From assembly GCA_043826435.1 (NCBI GenBank), contig JBDRQF010000037.1, positions 1-64,000 on the forward strand: a DNA stretch of 64,000 bases, written 5' to 3'. Shown in pieces: positions 1-9,908 of this stretch. Numbering within the stretch: the stretch's first letter is position 1; every line of letters begins with the position of its first letter. This DNA comes from Elusimicrobiota bacterium. GTDB taxonomy: Bacteria > Elusimicrobiota > Endomicrobiia > CG1-02-37-114 > JAHJSO01. Under the pieces are notes generated by a model. The model was not told the DNA's origin. It made no database searches and saw only the letters and a list, made by a program, of their open reading frames with translations. A program made the translations under genes and the position numbers.

Positions 1-657
1 GGCGAAGGGGCGGGCAAGAAAATGGTCGCCTTAATAACTTCTATGGACCAGCCGCTTGGTTATGCAGTGGGCAATTCAATTGAAGTTAAAGAAGCGATTG
101 ATACACTGAAAGGGAACGGACCCTCTGACTTAACTGATTTATGTCTTGAACTTGGTTCAAATATGTTACTTATTTCGGGGCTTGCTAAGTCAGTTGATGA
201 AGGAAAGAAAAAACTCAAACAGTCAATAGCAGGCGGGCAGGCGATTAAAAAGTTTAAAGAGTTTGTGCATGCCCAGGGAGGCGACCCCTCTGTTGCAGAT
301 AACCCGTCAATTTTGACGCAGTGTAAAAAAGTGGTAGAAGTAAAATCGTCAGGGTCGGGAGTCGTCCAAAAAATCAACGCCCTTGAAGTAGGGGTAGCAT
401 CTCAAATTCTTGGTGCGGGTCGTCAGAAGAAAGACGATGTCCTTGACCTGTCAGTTGGAATATATCTTAAGAAAAAAGTTGGTGACAGGGTTGAAAAAGA
501 CGAAACACTTGCAGTTTTTCATACAGACGGCGACGAGGGGAAGATACGGCCAGCGCAGGAGAAATTTTTAAACGCTTACACCATCGGGCCCAAAAAGATG
601 AAACCGCAGAAACTATTTTTTGCCAGGGTAACGAAGAAAGGAGTGAACAAATTTTGA
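1..657 (+). CDS. pdp: Pyrimidine-nucleoside/thymidine phosphorylase, C-terminal part (5' end lies outside the window)
   Basis: Motifs MDQPLG.AVGN..EV.EAI, LGAGR....D..D..VGI and KKVGD.V are typical of PyNP/DeoA. Confidence 0.92.
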   Translation, partial: GEGAGKKMVALITSMDQPLGYAVGNSIEVKEAIDTLKGNGPSDLTDLCLELGSNMLLISGLAKSVDEGKKKLKQSIAGGQAIKKFKEFVHAQGGDPSVADNPSILTQCKKVVEVKSSGSGVVQKINALEVGVASQILGAGRQKKDDVLDLSVGIYLKKKVGDRVEKDETLAVFHTDGDEGKIRPAQEKFLNAYTIGPKKMKPQKLFFARVTKKGVNKF

Positions 658-1631
658 TAACACCAAAAATCGGGAGAAACTGGACGAACACGTTCGTTTT
701 TGACAAACTCACAGCAGACGAGCAGAAGAAGGTACTGGAAGGCAGTTATGACCTGTTCTCAATGAACGCCCTGGCGCTTGTCAGGTTTAAGGAGGATGTT
801 GCGGGCCAGATTGAACTTGCAAAAAAATACGGCCTTGACCACGTAGAACTTGACTGCGACGTGCCGAACCCCTACCCTGAATTTCCGTCTGAAATTCGGG
901 AAAAAATAAAGGAGAAAGCGCGCGAGAACGGCATATCTCTGTCAGTCCATCTTACATATTCAAATGCAGGGGCGAGTGTCGTAAGTTTGCAGGAGATAGA
1001 CCGCATGGCCGCGGTCGGCATACAGAAGACGTACATTGATTTTGCAAACGATATAGGCGCAAGGTACGTCGTTATGCATCCGGGCACAGCCCCGTTCTAC
1101 TTGGTTTCCGATTTGTATATGTCAAAATTCAAACAACAATTGCTAAAGACGCTCGTTGACCTTGCCCGGTACTCAACGGACAGGGGGATAAAGTTCCATC
1201 TGGAAAACAACGTCGCCTTTGACAACATCTTCGTTGAACCGGAGGACATAATTGAAGTAATAAATGCCGCCAGGTCAAAAGGTGCGGAGGTGTATTTTAA
1301 TTTTGACATAGGCCACTGGTTCACCCGTGCGGACAAAGGCAGGCCTTTGCCGGAAGACCCGGTTGAGGTTATGAATAAAATCCCTGCGGGACTCGTATGC
1401 GAAATACATGTGAACGACTACATCCCGGGAAAGTTTATTTTTCACCCGCCGCTCACCCTTACCGAGGGGCCGCTTAAAGGAGAGGCGTTCAGCCGTTACG
1501 CCGCGCTGGTGAAAAAACTTAACCCGGAAGTCCTCGTATTTGAGACCGCATTCAAAACCCTTGAACAGGTCAGGGACAGGGAGAATATAATAGAACGGGA
1601 AACGGCGTACATTAAAGAGACGTTCAAATAG
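654..1631 (+). CDS. Xylose-isomerase/AP-endonuclease-2-like TIM-barrel metalloenzyme (paralog A)
   Basis: Metal-ligand pattern HPG, HLENN, FDIGHW, HVND, FHPP, VFET. Confidence 0.75.
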   Translation: MITPKIGRNWTNTFVFDKLTADEQKKVLEGSYDLFSMNALALVRFKEDVAGQIELAKKYGLDHVELDCDVPNPYPEFPSEIREKIKEKARENGISLSVHLTYSNAGASVVSLQEIDRMAAVGIQKTYIDFANDIGARYVVMHPGTAPFYLVSDLYMSKFKQQLLKTLVDLARYSTDRGIKFHLENNVAFDNIFVEPEDIIEVINAARSKGAEVYFNFDIGHWFTRADKGRPLPEDPVEVMNKIPAGLVCEIHVNDYIPGKFIFHPPLTLTEGPLKGEAFSRYAALVKKLNPEVLVFETAFKTLEQVRDRENIIERETAYIKETFK

Positions 1632-1632
1632 A

Positions 1633-2265
1633 ATGAAACACTTTGTATTTTTGCTCGGCAGGCCTGGTTGCGGAAAATCAGTTGTATATAAAATTTTGAG
1701 AGATATACTTCAGGAAAAAAAGATTGATGCTCCGCGGGTGGACGATTTTCTAACGCTTAAAGATCTCCTTGCAAGGGATAAGGAGTTTAAAAGGCATATT
1801 CTAAAAGATGGAGGGTTTGCCGTTACCGACTGGTCAATTGTGGACGAAGCATTACGGGAATTATGCGAACTCATAAAAAGGGAGAGATCTGAAAACAAAA
1901 TAATTTTTATTGAATTCGCCCGCGACAATTACGACCACGCATTCAAAAATTTCACAAGGGATGTCCTTGACGAATCTCTAATTTTATATATTTACAGCAC
2001 TTTTGAAGAATGTTATAAAAGAAATGTAGCAAGATTTCAAAAAGCAAAAAAGGAAGGGCACGACGATCACATCGTCCCACTTGATTTGATGAAGACATAT
2101 TACAAAACCGACGATTACGAGCAGGCGTATCTTAAGTCCGAAGAGGACTTAATGAAAATTGCCCCTGCCAGAACCATTGTCCTTGACAGCACCGTCTCCG
2201 GCGAAGAAGGCATTAAAAATCTAAAAAGACAGATTGAAGAAAGGGTTTTGAATAAACTATTATGA
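1633..2265 (+). CDS. P-loop nucleoside/nucleotide kinase-like protein (paralog A)
   Basis: N-terminal Walker A GRPGCGKS; lid-like C..RN..R. Confidence 0.7.
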   Translation: MKHFVFLLGRPGCGKSVVYKILRDILQEKKIDAPRVDDFLTLKDLLARDKEFKRHILKDGGFAVTDWSIVDEALRELCELIKRERSENKIIFIEFARDNYDHAFKNFTRDVLDESLILYIYSTFEECYKRNVARFQKAKKEGHDDHIVPLDLMKTYYKTDDYEQAYLKSEEDLMKIAPARTIVLDSTVSGEEGIKNLKRQIEERVLNKLL

Positions 2266-3623
2266 ACGAGAACGAATTTGTTCAGGAACAGGTTCAAAAA
2301 TCCGACGGGCTGAAATCCGTTGTTGAAAAACTCAAATCAATAAAGGGCAAAAGGTGCCTTGTGTTTATTCACGACGACCCCGACGGGCTTACAAGTGGCG
2401 TGATATTGAAAAGGGTTGTTGAAAAATCAGGCGGGGAGGTCTCACTGCGCATTCCCGATACGATGGAACTTGAAAAACACCGCATTGAGTCGGAGTTGAA
2501 AGAAAAGAAATACGACGCGTTGTTCATTGTTGACAAAGCCACGATGGGATATTACAATGAATACCCCAGTTTAATAAAGGACGTTATAATCATAGACCAT
2601 CACCCGCTTATAGGCGAATACCCGGGCCGTTGCACCGTTTATAACCCGTCTATCCCGGGTTACACCTTTTGTTCAACGTCAATCCTGTGCAATATAATTG
2701 CCGAAGCCCTGGGTTTGAGGGACGATTTTATTGATTTTCAGGCGCTGATTGGTTTAAAATGCGACTGGGCGATTGAACCGGCAACCGGTTTTGTAGCACC
2801 ATTTTGCAAGGTATTCTTGGACGGAGTTGAAGCGAAATTCAATAATATTCTGAAAAAGAGGCCGGCCGGGTTCGGCGGCGTTGGTAACGGTAGCGGCGCT
2901 AGTACCGGTAGCGACAGCGGCGCATCCAGTACCGCCGCAGAGCGGCCGACGATGTTTGAAGTCAGCCAGAGACAAAACACCACGCTCCTTAACCTGATCG
3001 GAGAATTTTTCTTTGCGCTTTCAGGCGGAGGTTTCCAGTATTTTTACAATGGCCGGTTACCCGGGCTTAAAGACAGGAAACAGGTGGAAGTATGTTTTGA
3101 CGTCCTTGAGTCATTAAAGCCGGCGGACTTTAATGACTTCGGTGAATTTCTGGGAGCCATAAATAACAGGAAACTTGCAGGAGACATATACGGATGCTTC
3201 CTTGACGATTGGCAGAAGGCAATAAACATGTTTGACAACACCGTCTTTCTGGATGAATATAAAGGGACAAAAATATATTTCTTCACCGGGAACAATGTGC
3301 CGCTTATGCCCATGGCCGGCTCCGTAAAACTTTATCAACTCGGCAGCCCCGCGACATTTATGATGGTTAACTGGCTCGGGAAAGAGAAGGGCGCCCATAT
3401 ATCCTTCAGAGCGAATACGGACACCATCCACTGCGGGAATTTTGCGGCAAAACTTACGGAGAGGATGACCGGGAAATACGGCAACAAGGGGATAATCAGC
3501 GGCGGCGGGCACATCCGTGCGGCTGAATTCAGGACGCGATCGTCGGGCGTCCCGCTTTCAAAGGTTATGGAAGAATTTTTCGTTATGTTTGAAGAAATTA
3601 TACATAGGGAGGCATCGCAATGA
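2262..3623 (+). CDS. DHH/DHHA1 family phosphoesterase
   Basis: HDDPDG, IVD, IIDHH and C-terminal GGGH..AA motifs. Confidence 0.85.
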   Translation: MNENEFVQEQVQKSDGLKSVVEKLKSIKGKRCLVFIHDDPDGLTSGVILKRVVEKSGGEVSLRIPDTMELEKHRIESELKEKKYDALFIVDKATMGYYNEYPSLIKDVIIIDHHPLIGEYPGRCTVYNPSIPGYTFCSTSILCNIIAEALGLRDDFIDFQALIGLKCDWAIEPATGFVAPFCKVFLDGVEAKFNNILKKRPAGFGGVGNGSGASTGSDSGASSTAAERPTMFEVSQRQNTTLLNLIGEFFFALSGGGFQYFYNGRLPGLKDRKQVEVCFDVLESLKPADFNDFGEFLGAINNRKLAGDIYGCFLDDWQKAINMFDNTVFLDEYKGTKIYFFTGNNVPLMPMAGSVKLYQLGSPATFMMVNWLGKEKGAHISFRANTDTIHCGNFAAKLTERMTGKYGNKGIISGGGHIRAAEFRTRSSGVPLSKVMEEFFVMFEEIIHREASQ

Positions 3624-4504
3624 AAAACAGTAAAACCCAGGCAGAGGTTAAAATCGGTATTATCGGGGGAAGCGGCGTTTACCAGATTGATGGGCTCACT
3701 GACATTAAAGAAATAAAATTAGCGACGCCGTTCGGAAGCCCGTCGGACAAAATAATCGTCGGTACGATTTCCGGCAGAAAGGTCGCGTTCCTGCCGAGAC
3801 ACGGCAGGGGGCACGTCCATACACCAACGGAGGTTAATTCCCGCGCCAACATCTACGCTATGAAATACCTGGGAGTTGAACGCCTTATATCGGTGTCCGC
3901 CTGCGGTTCCCTGAAAGAGGAAATTATGCCGAAGGACTTTGTCCTGCCTGACCAGATTTTTGACAGGACGCGGCTGCGCGTGCCGACCTTTTTCGGCAAG
4001 GGTGTGGTCGGGCACGTTTCTTTTGCAGAACCGTTCTGTACGGAACTCAGACGGCTGGTTTTTAACTCCGCGGAAGGACCGGGGACAAAAACCCATTTCG
4101 GCGGGACGTACGTGTGCATAGAGGGCCCGCAGTTTTCCACTAAGGCCGAGTCGGAAGTCAACCGTAAACTGGGTTTCAGCATAGTCGGTATGACTGCCCT
4201 GCCCGAGGCGAAACTCGCCCGCGAGGCGGAGATGTGTTACGCCACCATCGCCCTTGTTACCGACTACGACGTCTGGAAGGAGGGCGAGGAGGTAACGGCT
4301 GAGAAGGTAGTGGAGAATTTAAATGCCAACGTTGACAACGTGAAGAAGTTGCTGAAAAAGGTGATACCACTTATTGATATATCAAACAAGAGGGACTGCC
4401 CTTGTTCCACCGCCGTCAAGTATGCGGTCTTCACACAAAAAGACAAACTCAACAAGGCGACGCTGAAGAAACTTGACTTATTGATAGGAAAATATGTAAA
4501 ATAA
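3620..4504 (+). CDS. mtnP: S-methyl-5'-thioadenosine / purine nucleoside phosphorylase
   Basis: IGIIGGSG, FLPRHG.GH, EGPQFSTKAES, GMT..PEAKLARE, VTDYD. Confidence 0.93.
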   Translation: MKNSKTQAEVKIGIIGGSGVYQIDGLTDIKEIKLATPFGSPSDKIIVGTISGRKVAFLPRHGRGHVHTPTEVNSRANIYAMKYLGVERLISVSACGSLKEEIMPKDFVLPDQIFDRTRLRVPTFFGKGVVGHVSFAEPFCTELRRLVFNSAEGPGTKTHFGGTYVCIEGPQFSTKAESEVNRKLGFSIVGMTALPEAKLAREAEMCYATIALVTDYDVWKEGEEVTAEKVVENLNANVDNVKKLLKKVIPLIDISNKRDCPCSTAVKYAVFTQKDKLNKATLKKLDLLIGKYVK

Positions 4505-4567
4505 ATAGTTATGGGTGAGGTTAATTTCCGCTATTAAAGAAGAGCAGGATATAGAAAGGAAGATTAA

Positions 4568-5488
4568 ATGGAGCCTATTCTGGTTGTCGGTTCGGTTGCG
4601 CTGGATACGGTTGAGACGCCGTTCGGCAGGGTAAAGAACGTTCTCGGGGGTTCAGCCACGTATTTCTCGGTTTCTGCAAGTTTTTTTGTCCCCGTAAGGG
4701 TGGTGGCTGTCGTCGGCAACGATTTCCCGCAGAAATACATAAATCAGATCGGGAAACGTAACATTGATTTACGCGGCTTAATGAGGCAAAAGGGAAAAAC
4801 TTTCAGGTGGGGGGGCAGGTACGATTACAACCTGAATGAAGCCCATACGGTCTTTACGCAACTAAATGTTTTTGAAAGTTTTGTGCCTGAAATTCCCATG
4901 GACTATATAGACACCCCATACGTGTTCCTTGCGAACATAGACCCTGATTTGCAGCTGGATGTTTTAGGGAAATTAAAATCGCCCCGGCTGGTAGCATGCG
5001 ATACAATGAACTATTGGATTGACAGTAAGAAACAGCAAATTAAAAACGTACTCAAAAAGGTTGACATACTCCTTATAAACGAAGCAGAGACGCGGCAGTT
5101 GGCTGAAGAGTTTAACCTGGTAAAGGCGGCAAGGAGGATAATATCCTGGGGCCCGAAAGCGATAATTATAAAACGCGGGGAACACGGGTGTATTTATTTC
5201 GGCAGGGATTCAATGTTCGCTGCGCCTTCCTATCCGCTGGAAAAGGTGTTTGACCCGACGGGCGCAGGGGACAGTTTTGCAGGAGGATTCGCCGGGTACC
5301 TTGCAATGAAGGGGAAATTAAACGATAACAACATAAGGCAGGCGATTATATTCGGAAGCGTAATGGGTTCTTTCTGCGTTGAACGTTTCAGTTTGAACCA
5401 GTTAATGAATATCACGACGGATGAAATCGTGAAGAGATACTGCGAGATAAAGAACCTTACGCATTTTGGAAACATACGTCAGTTATGA
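4568..5488 (+). CDS. PfkB/ribokinase-family nucleoside or sugar kinase
   Basis: VGSVALD, GGSATY, N..E and the PfkB signature DPTGAGDSFAGG. Confidence 0.9.
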   Translation: MEPILVVGSVALDTVETPFGRVKNVLGGSATYFSVSASFFVPVRVVAVVGNDFPQKYINQIGKRNIDLRGLMRQKGKTFRWGGRYDYNLNEAHTVFTQLNVFESFVPEIPMDYIDTPYVFLANIDPDLQLDVLGKLKSPRLVACDTMNYWIDSKKQQIKNVLKKVDILLINEAETRQLAEEFNLVKAARRIISWGPKAIIIKRGEHGCIYFGRDSMFAAPSYPLEKVFDPTGAGDSFAGGFAGYLAMKGKLNDNNIRQAIIFGSVMGSFCVERFSLNQLMNITTDEIVKRYCEIKNLTHFGNIRQL

Positions 5489-5520
5489 AATTCTGATACT
5501 GAAAGGATCAAGGGTAAAAA

Positions 5521-6525
5521 ATGAAACAAAACAAATCAATCAGAATCGGGAGGGACTTTACGAACCTCCTGAACACCCACTTCCTGACCGAACAGGAAAG
5601 ACAACATCTCAAAGAGGGGAAATTACTTGTTTCCGACATGGATGCAAAGGTCCAGTTAAAAACAAAAACGGACGTTGTAAACCAGATAAGGGTGGCTAAG
5701 GAGACGGGGATATCGCACGTTGAACTTGACGGTGGAGTGCCGAACCCGTTCCTTGACATCACCCCGGAGTACTGTGAAGAGGTCGGGGGATTTGCAGGGA
5801 AAAATGACGTAACGCTTTCTTTCCATATCCCTTACACCTTTGTTGCCACGGCCACCGCTGCTTTCCAGGATGCGGACAGGGAAATTGCGGTCGGCCTGAT
5901 AAAAAGATACGTTGACGTTGCGGAAAGGTTAAACTGCAATAACGTCGTTATGCACCCCGGGGCAGTACCTTTTTACCAGACGACAGGAGAGTACGGTCGT
6001 ATGGTGATAAAGAGTGTCATTAAGTCGTTCAGCGAACTCGCCGTGTATGCGCGGGAGAAAAAACTGGTCCTGCACCTGGAGAACAACACCGCCTTTGACT
6101 GCGTCGCTTTTGAGATACAGGAGTGTCTTGAGATTATAGAGGAGGTCAACAAGAAAGGCAATGACCTGAAATTCTGTTTTGACATAGGACACTGGTTCAC
6201 GCGGGCGGATGCGGGCAAAAAAATACCCGAGCCGCCGGAGAGCATTATGGACTCCATACCCGCAGGCGTTCTCGGTCAGGTTCACCTGAACGATTACATA
6301 CCGGTGGTTAAGAAATTCCACCCGCCGCTACATTTTGAATCCGGTCTGCTTAAAAGGGGAAACCTTGTTAACCTGATGAAAAAATTCAAAGATAAAGGCG
6401 TGTCGCTTGTGATTGTTGAAACCGCGGTCAGGGACGTAAACGACCTGTTGAACTCAATAAAAATCATAGAGGACGAGCAGAAATACCTTAAAGGCATAAT
6501 TGATGAGGTAGAAAAGGATGGGTGA
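5521..6525 (+). CDS. TIM-barrel metalloenzyme (paralog B of 654..1631)
   Basis: Same motifs as paralog A: HVELD..VPNP, MHPG, HLENN.AFD, FDIGHWFTRAD, HLNDYIP, FHPPL. Confidence 0.75.
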   Translation: MKQNKSIRIGRDFTNLLNTHFLTEQERQHLKEGKLLVSDMDAKVQLKTKTDVVNQIRVAKETGISHVELDGGVPNPFLDITPEYCEEVGGFAGKNDVTLSFHIPYTFVATATAAFQDADREIAVGLIKRYVDVAERLNCNNVVMHPGAVPFYQTTGEYGRMVIKSVIKSFSELAVYAREKKLVLHLENNTAFDCVAFEIQECLEIIEEVNKKGNDLKFCFDIGHWFTRADAGKKIPEPPESIMDSIPAGVLGQVHLNDYIPVVKKFHPPLHFESGLLKRGNLVNLMKKFKDKGVSLVIVETAVRDVNDLLNSIKIIEDEQKYLKGIIDEVEKDG

Positions 6526-7151
6526 ATATGTACGTGTTTTTGCTGGGCAGGCCGGGTTGCGGTAAGTCGGAAATATTCAGGAGAGCGTCTGAAAAACTGA
6601 AGCAGGAAAACCTTTGCGATGATTTTGTCAGGGTTGACGATTTCCCCAAACTGTGGGCAATATTTCAGGGGGACGAGAAAACGGGTAGATGGGAGCACTG
6701 CAGGAAGACGCAGGACGGCGGGTATAAAATTATAGACAATACCGTGTGGGACAGGATCCTGAAAGAGGTCAACTCTGACGTCAGAAATCTTAAATCCCCG
6801 GGACGCATAATATTCGTTGAGTTCTCGCGCAGTAATTATACTTCTGCAATGAAAAATTTTTCCGGGGACGTGCTGGGAGATTCCGTAATAGTTTATATAT
6901 ATTGTTCCTTTGAGACCTGCTGGGAAAGGAACGTCCGGAGGCACCGCCAGGCGGTGGAGGCGGGGTCGGACGACCACCTGGTCTCAAGGGAGGAGATGGA
7001 AAAGACGTACCTCATAGATGACGAACAGGAACTGTTGAAGACGACAAAAATACCCGCTGTCAGGATTAACACGGATTTTGAAGGGACTGCGCACCTGGTT
7101 AAGGCGGCGGGCGATATAGTTTCACTCATCAGAAAAAATCTAAAAAAATGA
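6522..7151 (+). CDS. P-loop kinase-like protein (paralog B of 1633..2265)
   Basis: GRPGCGKS, RVDDF, EF.R, RNV.R and DDH.V shared with paralog A. Confidence 0.7.
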   Translation: MNMYVFLLGRPGCGKSEIFRRASEKLKQENLCDDFVRVDDFPKLWAIFQGDEKTGRWEHCRKTQDGGYKIIDNTVWDRILKEVNSDVRNLKSPGRIIFVEFSRSNYTSAMKNFSGDVLGDSVIVYIYCSFETCWERNVRRHRQAVEAGSDDHLVSREEMEKTYLIDDEQELLKTTKIPAVRINTDFEGTAHLVKAAGDIVSLIRKNLKK

Positions 7152-8257
7152 AAACCTTAGAGTTACTTAAAAGGATACCAAAGGTTGACATCCACTGCCA
7201 CCTGGACGGCTCTGTTCGTACCGCGACCATTATTGATGCCGCCAGGAAACACAATTTTAAACTGCCGACGGAAGACCCGCAGCAGTTAAACAAATACGTG
7301 CAGGTGTCGCCTACCTGTAAGTCGCTGACCGACTTTCTGAAAAGGTTTGAGTTTTTCTATGATTTTCTGAAATTCCCCGACGTAGTTGAAAGAATTTCCT
7401 ATGAACTGTGCGAGGACGTTTCAAAGGAAAACATAAAATATCTTGAAGTCCGTTTTGCCCCCTTCCTGCAGTCGTCGGACAGGTTCAGCATTGAAGATGT
7501 TATAAGGACGGCAATTTCCGGCCTGATGCAGGGGGCAAGGGATTTCCATATAGGCGTAGGCGCGATAGTATGTATTTACAGGTCACTGCCCGACGACATA
7601 AACCGGCTGACCGTATCTCTTGCTGAAAAATATTTTGGCAAGGGGGTCGCCGGTATTGACCTTGCGGGGGATGAGACGAAATACCCCGCCGAAAGGTATG
7701 CGGAATTCTTTGAGTATGCAAGAAAGAGGCGCATCCCCATCACCTGCCACGCCGGTGAGGCGGCAGGTGCGGAAAGCATACGGAAGGCGCTGGAACTCGG
7801 CGCCAGGAGAATCGGCCACGGGGTGCACCTGGCTGAAGATGAAGGACTCTATAAGAAGGTCATGGACGAGGGCATCCCCATTGAGATGTGCCTCACTTCA
7901 AACGTTCAGACGCAGGTCGTCAAGAGTTATAAGACGCACCCCTTCCTGAAATTTTATGAAGACGGGCTGAAGGTGACCCTGAATACCGACGACCGTTCTG
8001 TTTCAGGGATTGATTTAACCCATGAATACCTCGTTGCGGTTGAACAGTACGGGTTAAAAATCAGCGATATAATCAAAATTATATTAAACGGGATTAATGC
8101 GCTCTTTCTGCCGGAGTCGGAGATAGACAATATAAAGAAATGCATGTCAGGTATAATTGAAAGAATGCTGCTTGAAGAGCGAAGCGGCCGCGCGGGAGGC
8201 ACAACAACGGGGGAAAAAAATGACTTTCAAAGAGACCGAATACCCGAACATTATTGA
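7148..8257 (+). CDS. add: Adenosine deaminase
   Basis: PKVDIHCHLDGS, DLAGDE, HAGE, RIGHG, C.TSN, NTDD. Confidence 0.92.
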   Translation: MKTLELLKRIPKVDIHCHLDGSVRTATIIDAARKHNFKLPTEDPQQLNKYVQVSPTCKSLTDFLKRFEFFYDFLKFPDVVERISYELCEDVSKENIKYLEVRFAPFLQSSDRFSIEDVIRTAISGLMQGARDFHIGVGAIVCIYRSLPDDINRLTVSLAEKYFGKGVAGIDLAGDETKYPAERYAEFFEYARKRRIPITCHAGEAAGAESIRKALELGARRIGHGVHLAEDEGLYKKVMDEGIPIEMCLTSNVQTQVVKSYKTHPFLKFYEDGLKVTLNTDDRSVSGIDLTHEYLVAVEQYGLKISDIIKIILNGINALFLPESEIDNIKKCMSGIIERMLLEERSGRAGGTTTGEKNDFQRDRIPEHY

Positions 8258-8630
8258 AAAACTTTATGAGATGTCCCGGCAGGAACTACCTATGGAGGAC
8301 ATCGTCAGAGAGACATGGTGCCTGGACAAGAGGATACCGCTTTACCCGGGTATAGTCGCCTATTGTATGAACGGCATTCTGGAGAAAACGGACGCGTCCA
8401 ACGTTACCGAGGGACAGTATGTGTACATAGACACGGGCAGCGAAAAGATTACCGGCAGGGTTAAGTCGCGGAACAACGGCAGCCTTGTGCTTTCCGACGT
8501 TACGGTTATACAAAAAGTCCCGGAGAAGGCGGTCGGGACGGATAAAATAAAATCAATTGAAATAATGAAATACAACACTTTGGAAAAGGCATGGCCGTCT
8601 CTTGTATTTGACAAAAACAAGAAAGGATAA
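8220..8630 (+). CDS. Hypothetical protein, possibly with a small SH3/Sm-like beta domain at the C-terminus
   Basis: ORF sits within the operon; ATG at 8220 follows a purine-rich RBS; no family recognised. Confidence 0.55.
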   Translation: MTFKETEYPNIIEKLYEMSRQELPMEDIVRETWCLDKRIPLYPGIVAYCMNGILEKTDASNVTEGQYVYIDTGSEKITGRVKSRNNGSLVLSDVTVIQKVPEKAVGTDKIKSIEIMKYNTLEKAWPSLVFDKNKKG

Positions 8631-8636
8631 CCGTCA

Positions 8637-9908
8637 ATGGATCTAAAAAAGAATGTTTACCTGATTTCAGGACCCGCGGTCTTTAAAATGTTAAACGGCA
8701 AGATCAGCGTAATAGGCAAGTATCTGAAAAAGAATGAAGAAATAAAAATACCATTGGGTAAGACAATTCCCTTTGAGGTTGAAGCCGACTCGTCGGCCGA
8801 TATCAGCGTTGAGGCGGAAACCCAGATAAAAACAGTCGGCGAAAGGACCATACCCGCAGAGTGGGACGGCATCGTTTCAAAGATAATAAAAGAAAAGATA
8901 AGCGTTGTCCTTGTCCTGGGCGAGGTTGACACGGGTAAGACATTTTTTTCAACGTACATATCAAACAAACTGCTTGGAGCCGGGGCAAGCGTATCCGTGC
9001 TTGACATGGATGCGGGGCAGTCGGACATAGGCCCTCCGGGTACGCTGGGGCTTGCCGTTCTCAGGGAGCCGCAGGTGTTCCTGAGTGAAGTTGAACCCGC
9101 TGCCGTCTATTATATGGGGAGTCATTCGCCTTCACTGCACTTCCTGCCGTCTATGGTCGGTTGTCACAAACTTGTGAACAAGGGCCTTTCAATGTCGGAT
9201 GTCATCATAATTGATACGCCCGGGTGGGTCCAGGGTGACGGCGGCAGGGCTTTGCGCCGTGCAGAAATTGAGATGCTCCGTCCCGGGGCTGTGGTCTTGC
9301 TCCAGAGGAAGAACGAACTGGAACACCTTGTGAAAACATACCCTACCGGGAAGATCGTCAGGATATTGGTGTCAAAAAAGGCGTCGTTCACTTCGGCGGA
9401 CGAGAGGAAGAAATTGCGGGAACTTATCTCACAGGGGTATTTTGCAAAAAACAGTGAGATTGAAATTCCCTTTGAACAGGTCGCAATGGACAGGGCATAT
9501 CTGCTGACGGGAGAGCCGGTTGATTTGTCCGTATTCGCAGGTGCGAAGATTTCCGTCACAGTCCTCCATGCAGAGAAACTGTCCGGCTGGGAAGGCGGGC
9601 TTGTGGTGTGCAGCAGCCAGCCCGGAGACGGTGACATGGCTGAGATAAAAAAGGCGATGAATACCCAGAAGGTAAAGGTGATTATTGAAGGCAGCGAGGA
9701 GACCGTAGAGGTGGCGCTGTGCGACGGTGAGTCAAACGTGCTGTCGCTTGCAATTATTAAAAAGATTGACTACGCAGGCAAAAGGTTTGTGATGTGGTCG
9801 CCCATCCCCCCCCACTTAACCCGTGAGATAAAAATAATACAGTTCGGCAGTTTGCGCATGATGCCCGACGGCAGGGAAAATGGTTTTACTGAGCCAGGAT
9901 ACTTTTAA
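8637..9908 (+). CDS. Clp1/Grc3/Nol9-family polynucleotide 5'-hydroxyl kinase
   Basis: Walker A GEVDTGKT, D.DAGQSDIGPPGT, DTPGW..G clasp, R..LRE lid. Confidence 0.88.
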   Translation: MDLKKNVYLISGPAVFKMLNGKISVIGKYLKKNEEIKIPLGKTIPFEVEADSSADISVEAETQIKTVGERTIPAEWDGIVSKIIKEKISVVLVLGEVDTGKTFFSTYISNKLLGAGASVSVLDMDAGQSDIGPPGTLGLAVLREPQVFLSEVEPAAVYYMGSHSPSLHFLPSMVGCHKLVNKGLSMSDVIIIDTPGWVQGDGGRALRRAEIEMLRPGAVVLLQRKNELEHLVKTYPTGKIVRILVSKKASFTSADERKKLRELISQGYFAKNSEIEIPFEQVAMDRAYLLTGEPVDLSVFAGAKISVTVLHAEKLSGWEGGLVVCSSQPGDGDMAEIKKAMNTQKVKVIIEGSEETVEVALCDGESNVLSLAIIKKIDYAGKRFVMWSPIPPHLTREIKIIQFGSLRMMPDGRENGFTEPGYF

